Shown one piece after another: positions 56,030 through 64,000 of a DNA stretch of 64,000 nt. The position numbers and the translations under genes were made by a program. The notes below the pieces were generated by a model, which worked only from the letters and a program-made list of their open reading frames with translations, did no database searches and was not told the DNA's origin. This DNA is from Octopus sinensis (Eukaryota): positions 38,006,001-38,070,000 of the forward strand of contig NC_043002.1 of assembly GCF_006345805.1 (NCBI RefSeq), given 5' to 3'. Numbering within the stretch: the first letter of the stretch is position 1; each line of letters starts with the position of its first letter.

Positions 56030-56225
56030 TCAAATTTCGGCACATGACCAGCAATTTTAGAGGCGGGGTACTCGATTACATCATCTTCAGTGCCTATCTG
56101 ATACTTAGTTTATCGGCTAAGAAAGCATGAAGGGCGAAGTCGAATCTCTGTATGTAAAGTCAGAATAAGTGATGCTAAGCATGTTCACCGACGTGTTAAC
56201 GATTCTGCTATCACACCGCCTTAAC
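56030..56225 (-). mobile_element. Family A SINE, diverged
   Basis: Ends AACGATTCTGCTATCACACCGCCTT, the reverse complement of the family head. Confidence 0.65.
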
Positions 56226-56589
56226 AAGGCATGTAATAATGCTCATCTCGTCAGACATAACCATCCTTGTATTCCGGATGTATCTGAATCATGTATTGAG
56301 TGTAAATGAGTTTGGAAATTGTTCTCAAATTTATGTTACATTTTGTTGTGTCTGGGGATCCAAAAACAAAATTATTTTATATTTATATACAGCATATTAA
56401 AATGACCTACACGCGTTTCCGCGGCGGCGACTATTCACTGTTGCAAATGTAACCTCGCATTATAGCCGGTACAGCTTCTTCAGTGTTCGTCCATTTGGTC
56501 AGCCTCGAAGTGTGTATTTATGTATACGCATATATATGTATATATGTATGTGTATATATGTATGTATATATATATATAATTCCAGAGTC

Positions 56590-56815
56590 GCATAGACTCT
56601 CAGGGCTGGTTTTCCGCTTTCCGTGACGCATATATCTCCCATTGAACAGGACGGTGGTCCGTTTCAGGATTTCTTATTTTTCCCAACTAAGTGAACTGGA
56701 GCAACGTGAAATGAAGTGTTTTACTTAAGAATACATTGCATTGTCCGGCCCGGGAATCGAAGAAAAAACGTATGATCATGAGCCAGTTTCCCAACCACTC
56801 AGCCATGCACCTCAA
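56590..56815 (-). mobile_element. Family C SINE
   Basis: AACTGGAGCAACGTGAAATGAAGTG..CCGGGAATCGAA..AACCACTCAGCCATGCACCTC. Confidence 0.7.
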
Positions 56816-56929
56816 CACACACACACGCGATCACAGGGACACATACATATATGTATATGCAAAATCAAAACCATGCGTATAAAATCACAAATCTGCCTCA
56901 GATCGTCTTACCATAATCATTATTATTAT

Positions 56930-57398
56930 TGGGTGAGAGAGTAGTGCAGGCCATCAAAATGACACCGGTATACCAAGTCCAGTATACCCATCATGACTGT
57001 CCGTCTGATAAGGGTGTACTAGGCACATGCATCACAACCATATATGCACGATATAGTGATCTCATATCAAGATAAACAGTGCATGACCTTGAATGTGGAG
57101 CCCAGTTAGAATTTTCTTCACGTCGAGTAGCTCATCCCGCTCAAAATGTCTGTGAATAAGGGTTGTTTAAGGATGATGAATGAAAAACCCATGTTTCCAA
57201 ATGTTAATTATATAAACCCCCAAAGAATTCCTCTCAACACATGGCTATGATGCTCCCCCACGACTTCTACTCGTAATCAGAGATGCACGTATCGTCAGCC
57301 ACCAAGGGACATGCTCAACTAGTTATGGTCAAACAACTGGCAATCAGAACTTTGGTATTGAGCAGAATATTTGCTGTAGCCCATCTTTTATACCAAGA
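56930..57398 (-). mobile_element. (AAT)n-flanked non-autonomous retroelement, unnamed family
   Basis: Homologous to 8620-8830, 58797-59122 and 8470-8545; both ends abut (ATT)n. Confidence 0.8.
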
Positions 57399-57415
57399 CA
57401 TTATTATTATTATTA

Positions 57416-57501
<86 letters not shown>

Positions 57502-57504
57502 GCT

Positions 57505-57800
57505 GTTTGGCTCAAGTTCAGTCTAATTCCTGGTAGGATTTTTAAGGGTAACGGTTTACTTAGATATCCACAAATTTTCAGCAGTCTTTCAAGTGCTTAG
57601 AACCTTCCTGATAATCCTTGCTGTCCCAAAGAGACAAAATTTCTGTAGGAATTCTACCGGGCATTTTATTTCAATTTCCTTCAGCTATTTGTCTATATCT
57701 TTTCTTACTCTTCCCAACGCACAAATTATTATAGGCACGACCTTTACTGTTCGCATGCTCCAAATTCTTCCTATTTCAAAGTTTAAGGGAATTATTTTTA
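57505..57800 (-). mobile_element. R4/Dong-like LINE extreme 3' fragment
   Basis: EIGRIWSMRTVKVVPIIICALG...GTARIIRKVL, followed by an (AAC)n/(AAT)n tail. Confidence 0.8.
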
Positions 57801-57861
<61 letters not shown>

Positions 57862-58039
57862 CATCATCATTATTATTATGGTTTTTTTCTTCTTTCTTCA
57901 AATTTTCTTCCGTTTCTCGCCGAGTGTTTTCCATATACCTAGGGCAGAGAAGCTCATTGTATGCATTCCCAGATTACACGCACAAATTCACAAACAAAAT
58001 ATGTATTTAAAAATTAATAAATAAATAAATTCATGGATG

Positions 58040-58566
58040 GATATTATTTTCACAGCAATAATGCTCTTCTCAGTACTTGAGACGTTCCAGTTCATACGAT
58101 TTTTTGCACTTCCTGTAGGGATGGTAAGCCTGGGATCATTTTCAAATAGGTTTCAGTAGCTTTTTTTTTATCATTCCTAGAGATCCTACAATCACTGGTA
58201 CTGTAGTCACCTTGAGGTGCCATATTTTTTCAATTTCTATTAGCAAGTCTTTATACTTACTAATCTTGTCAAATTCTTTCGCGCTATATTGTGATCGCAA
58301 GGAATAGTCATGCCAATTAATAAACACATATTTTTTGTCTGATCTTTTATAATAATATCCGGTTTATTAGCTTTTATAGTTTTGTCGGTCTGTACGGGGA
58401 AGTCCCATAGAATCGACACATTTTCTCCCTCAGTCACAGCTTCAGGATGGTGTTTATACCATTTCTTAGCGGTATTGATTTTATAATGCCGACATATTGT
58501 CCAATGTAAATACTGGCCGACTCTGTCATATCTTGCTTTATATTCTACAGGTGCTAAGACTCTACA

Positions 58567-58567
<1 letters not shown>
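58040..58567 (-). mobile_element. R4/Dong-like LINE 3' fragment (endonuclease domain)
   Basis: ILWDFPVQTDKTIKANKPDIII...KYKDLLIEIEKIWHLKVTTVPVIVGSLG. Confidence 0.9.
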
Positions 58568-58628
<61 letters not shown>

Positions 58629-58796
58629 TATGTTTGACTTTTGGTTTACGTCTGTACAAGTTGGCTCCAAGTCTCACCCAGAGAGCCCAAGAGACAAAAG
58701 GTTGGAAGTTCACGTTGTTGTTATGTCTAGTGTGCCATATATTTGGGTTTACTTTTGGTGTCGTACTACTGAATGTCTAATAAATAAATTTAAAAA

Positions 58797-59119
58797 AACA
58801 AGGGTTGTTTAAGGATGTTGAACGAAACACCCCTGTTTCCAAAGGTGAATTATTCAAACCCCAAAGAATCCCTCTCAACACATGGTTATGATGCTCCCCC
58901 ACTACTTCTGCTCGTGACCAGAGATGCACATATCGTCAGCCACTAAGGGACATGCTCAACTGGTTAAGGTCAAACAAATGACAAGCAAATCTGTGGTATT
59001 GAGCAGAATATTTGCTGTAGCCCATCTTTTATACCAAGACAAAACAAAGTACATGATAGCACTTGCAATCAGTTAAGATCAGAAGCCATGAGAGCCACTG
59101 CCTGGTACTGCATCAGGGC

Positions 59120-59122
<3 letters not shown>
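58797..59122 (-). mobile_element. (AAT)n-flanked element, partial copy
   Basis: High similarity to 57157-57398; ends GCATCAGGGCATTT + (ATT)n on the + strand. Confidence 0.8.
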
Positions 59123-59191
<69 letters not shown>

Positions 59192-59192
<1 letters not shown>

Positions 59193-60684
59193 GATGTCGC
59201 ACAGTATACAATACCGTGAGGTTGTTAATTGAAGATACTGTGTCTACTGGGTGGTTGTACTATTTGTCAAGTAACAACAAGGATCTCAGACAAACAGTAC
59301 TTTACGCAATATCTGTGCAGTTTCAAGTAGTTACGACTTTTGCAGTTCAGATGTTTTTCAGATTGGTGTGGTATTGAACCCAATGCTCCGAAGACAATAG
59401 GGATAACCTTTATGTTCGACTCTCGTAGCTGTCACGTCTTAGCGATCTCAATTCTCAGGTCTTCATATTAATCAACGTTTTCTTTCGTAATGATTTGTTG
59501 ATATTCTGGCACTGCTGCGTCCATTATTAGGCACTCTTGTTTGTCCCTCCTAAAGGTTACTATATCTGGCCTTCGGTGCTCTAACACTTTGTCTGTCTGG
59601 AAATCAAAGTCCCAGAGGATTTTTGCCTTCCTCTTTTCGACCGTTACCTTTTCTGGTGTATGTTGGTACTAAGCACCCGTAACATCATATCCATACTTAC
59701 GGCATAATAGCCAGTAGAGGTTTGGGGCTACTTTGTCGTGACTATGCTTTTACTCTTTCTGCGCAAGACTTTGACAAGCACTGACAATGTAAGTCAAACT
59801 TTATTCGATCCTCCTCCCACAAATTCTGCAGAGTTCCGATGCACTTGTGTGGTATATATTCTTTTTCACTGAGTTGGTATTCAATGCCTGGTCTTAGGCC
59901 GCGATGATTAGGCTTTCAGTATTCTTTTTTAGGCCACACTTGTTGAGCCACCTCCATGATACTTCCTGGTCTTTTAATTTGTTTGTCTCACGGTGGAACT
60001 GACCATGTAATTTCATACGGAGTAGAGTTTCTTCTCTCTCGTTGGCTGTCCTTTTTCGGAATTCACGTACACTCTAAAGTTCATTTTTGTTAACTCCTTC
60101 TGCACTAGCAGCATACTGTAGGAGGTTTCTTTGCTGCTTACCAAATTTTCTGCCATGTTTCTTCTTTCACTGTCGATGCACTCTCGTACGCTATTTAGCC
60201 CACGTCCACTCTTAACTCTCTCCATGTTGAGCATGTGTACATTTGCCTTGGGGTAGAGTGCACCATGTATTGTCATTGACTTTCGGGTAGTGCGATCGAG
60301 TTGGGTAATCTCCACTTGTGTCCATTTCAGGATGGGTGCACTATAGAGGACTACAGCAACAGCCCATATGTTGATGGCTGTCACACGGTTCCTTGAGTTA
60401 AGCTTTGAATTCAACAGAAGTTTGAGGCGCTTGAAATATGCAGTGATGACCTTGTCTTTCATTTCTTTGTGCAAGATATTGTCCAACTCCAGGATACCAA
60501 GGTACTTGTACCCATCATCATCCGGGTCTTCCATTCTCTCTCCGTTTGGCAATTTTATGCCCCTAAGTTTTTTCTCTTTTCCACCGCTTCACAGTAAGCA
60601 CAGCACACTTCGAGATACCGAATTCCATCCCTATATCCTTGATACACATTTGCAGTCTCAACCAGCCTCTCAATTTTAGGCTCT
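59192..60684 (-). mobile_element. R4/Dong-like non-LTR retrotransposon, 5'-truncated and degenerate
   Basis: Minus strand reads DIGMEFGISKCAVL, GYKYLGILE, SGRGL, AA*DQALNT, CRICG..YIVSAC (CCHC-like), ILWDFDFQTD..HRRPDIV..D (restriction-like endonuclease), VIPIVFGALG. Flanked by (ATT)n/(ATC)n tracts. Confidence 0.9.
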
Positions 60685-60697
60685 TATTATTATTATT

Positions 60698-60735
<38 letters not shown>

Positions 60736-61736
60736 TATAATTATTATTATTATTATCATTATTATTATTATTATCGAATTTTCTCATATCCATAATTGCA
60801 TTTGATATTTGCTTCCGAACATTAACGTTTAAAGTTATTTGGTATATCGCTCTTTCTAGACATTCCCGGATGTACCGTATTACTAAAGTGGTTACTAATG
60901 GCGTTTGTTATTGCAGTTAAAACGTCGGCAAGAATTATTGGAATGATGCTGCGTTAATGATGATGTTGTTATTGTCGGATTGAAAATTGTTTACTTGGTC
61001 TGGCTTTTGTTGTTACACTTTCGCTATTTCTATGTTAAGCTTTGCGTTTATTTTCCTATCGATATAGATTCTATGATTAAACATCTCGTCTATTTTTCTT
61101 TCTGTTTATCCTTTTTTAATGAATTCTATAAATAATCATTGCCTGGTGTGTTTTGTAATGTATCAACGGTTCCTTGCTATAAATGCTTGATCAGCAAAGC
61201 AAGTGTGTGATATTTGTAACAAAAATGTCATGAAGTTTACAAATATCGTGCTTGCATATGGATTTATTAATTATAATGCTCATCTGAAGTTTATTCAGTG
61301 GTTTCAAAGCCTGCGGTTTTTTTGTTGCTGGAGAGGCATGCGAAATAATTATTTGGGTGTTTGTTATACATTATTAATATTCGTTTATTATTAGCTGCGA
61401 TGCATATAGCGTTCTGTTTGGTGTGAGTTACTTTTGTATATACGTTGATGTTTTCATTGCACTTACGCTGAGAGAGGCAAATCATAATATACATATATGA
61501 GGCCGGGGGAATACACATTCATATCTACTCGCACCCATACCTCTAGAAGTATAGTTTTGGGTATATATCTATAAATTTATATGTATTTGTGCATGCTTAT
61601 GTATGTATACATAGTTTTGCTTCCCAACCCGTAGTTCAGATTCAATGTCATTGTGTGGCACCTTCCAAGCCGACCAGAGCCTCCCGAAGGAATTAAGTAG
61701 AAGGAAACTGACAGAAGCCCATTGTAAATATATATA

Positions 61737-61780
<44 letters not shown>

Positions 61781-61823
61781 GTATGTATGTATGTACGTAT
61801 TTATGTATGTATATGCACACATA

Positions 61824-61868
<45 letters not shown>

Positions 61869-62600
61869 TCACACATATATTTGTGCGTGTGTGAGTGTTT
61901 ATCTGTCTGAGTGCGCGCGCGCGTATATGGTTATCTCTGCGTTTGTATTTGTACCTGTCCCTTTCTGCTTGACAACCGGTGTTCCTTTGTCTGCCTCCCT
62001 GTTACTCAGCAGCCCGTCCCGCACGTGACAGCAATATCTGAACAATAATTAAACGCTCAATCAACTATGAGGACGTGTTTATGGCTTGATAATATGTACC
62101 AAGTAGCGTATAATAAATATGGCGGAATATGATTATTCTATCAGTCAACATAGGATCATAACTAGTACATTATGGAGAACATCGAAGTCACAATATGGAA
62201 TATTGGTAAATAGATCATTGACGAAAGGAGATATTCTATCGTTTAAAATACAAGGAAGTGAAATACTATAGAAAGGAAGAGTTTCACTGTGCCAATTGTC
62301 AAATATTCTTGTATAAGTGTTTGCGTGTCGCCCCCGCCCCCGTATCCTGTACATCTTAGCACTATACCCAGTCTCCATTTCCTTATTTTCCTATGACTAC
62401 GATCTTAAAGCTAACATATCTTATTGAAAACAAAATTTCCAAAACAATAATTTTATCTTGCTTTTCATTTCACTTCAGTATTTATCAACAGTTTGCGTTC
62501 TACTGGCTTTCTGAGTGTTATTCATTATAACTAGATTAAAATCATATTTAAATGTGCGTTTATATATATATGTATGTATGTGTGTGTATGTATGTTTGTA

Positions 62601-63887
62601 TCAGGTCATCACATAAGTTCTGTCCGATTTTACCTTTTTACAATTGAATAAATTTTAATAGTATTTTAGAATGTCTAATGAAACTTAAATTCATTTTTAT
62701 GCATTTGTGTACATTTAAACTAATTAAATATTATTTTACAGAATAATAGAATTAAAATTTCTTTGATTAAAACCCTTTCTAACATGGAAGTATAGAGAGA
62801 GCATTTAAGGTACATAATGCTTTATGAGTACCAAAAAGGAAACTCTATAACCGAAGCGACTCGAAACATACACTCAGTTTATGGGAAAGACTGCTTGAAT
62901 GAAAAAACTTGCAGAAGATGGTTTGGGAAATTCAGAAATGGAGATTTCAGCCATGAGGCTGAAGATCAAATAGGACATCCAGTTGAATTTGATGATAAGC
63001 TTCTTGAAGCATTACTTCAAGAAAATCCTGCATTATCACTTGAAGAATTGGCAATAAAGCTTAATTCAAACCATACAACTATTCATCGTCATCTTCAACA
63101 GCCAAGAAAGGTTCCTAAACTTGGAAAATGAATGCCTCGTGAATTGTCCGAAAGCAACCGCAAGTCCTGAGTTGACATCTGCTCTTCTCACCATTCTTGT
63201 GAACTCATTTCACCCTTTTGGGATTGACTTCTGACTGGTGACGTGAAATGGATCTTCTATCGAAATGTTAAATGTCGTAAACAGTGGCTTGGTAAAAGGG
63301 AAAAAGCTCAACCACATACAAGAAGGGAACTTCATGGGAAAAAAGGTTCTTCTCTCTATCTGTTGGGATAACAAAGGACTAATTCACTTTGAATTGTTAC
63401 CACCTAATGCAGCAATCAATGTTCAAGTCTACTGTCAGTATTTAGAGCGTTTGAACAAAGCTTTGAAGAAAAAAAGACCTACTTTTGCGAATCGAAAACG
63501 AGTGATGTTTCATCAGAACAATGCGTGACCCCACACTGCAGAGATCACATCATAGAAAATCGAAGAACTTGGTTGGGAAAAAATTCCTCATCCACCTTAT
63601 TCTCCCGAACTTGCTCCTTCAGACTACCATTTCTTTCGTAGTTTACAGAATCATTTGGGTGACATAACTTTCGCAAGCTAGGAGGAGGTCGAAACTGACA
63701 TTTCAGAGTTCTTTGCGTTGAAACCAAAAGAGTTTTACATTGATGGGATTAAAAAGCTTGTAAATAGATGGAAGGATGTCATAGATAATCAGGGAAAGTA
63801 CATTTATGATTAAATTTCAATTAAATATAATGTTTCATCACTTTTTTCTTCATTCAAAATTCGGACAGAACTTATGCGATGACCTGA
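62601..63887 (+). mobile_element. Mariner transposon, full-length 1287 bp, same family as 6748-7970, inactive
   Basis: Near-perfect ~30-bp TIRs TCAGGTCATCACATAAGTTCTGTCCGATTT / AAATTCGGACAGAACTTATGCGATGACCTGA, TA on both sides. Confidence 0.97.
62784..63813 (+). pseudogene. Mariner transposase pseudogene (~342 codons)
   Basis: HTH region, TGDVKW, HQNNA*PH and YSPELAPSDYHFF, with 34 residues between the 2nd and 3rd catalytic positions. Several stops and a +1 frameshift in the A-run near 63340. Confidence 0.95.
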
Positions 63888-63937
63888 TATATACAAATAT
63901 ATATATGTATGCATATGTATATATGTATATATATAAT

Positions 63938-63979
<42 letters not shown>

Positions 63980-64000
63980 AATATATATGTATGCATGCAT

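Overview
AT-rich, repeat-saturated eukaryotic DNA in which I found no credible host protein-coding exon. The SINE families, microsatellite density and mariner types look like an octopod cephalopod (Octopus) genome; this is inference from repeat signatures only. Nearly all ORF-track entries are translated microsatellites. The window contains: three full-length dead D,D34D mariner transposons plus a 3' fragment; degenerate R4/Dong-like (RT + restriction-like endonuclease) LINEs, including a stack of fragments separated by (ATT)n tracts at 56.9-60.8 kb; CR1/L2- and RTE-like remnants; four non-autonomous Helitron-like elements; several MITEs; three tRNA-derived SINE families, some in dense arrays; a 710-bp-period tandem duplication; and many microsatellites. 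The most unusual signal is a set of minimal hammerhead-ribozyme folds inside short elements embedded in (TA)n, resembling Penelope-like terminal repeats. The best one (18913-18950, minus strand) carries a compensatory U3:A8 catalytic core.
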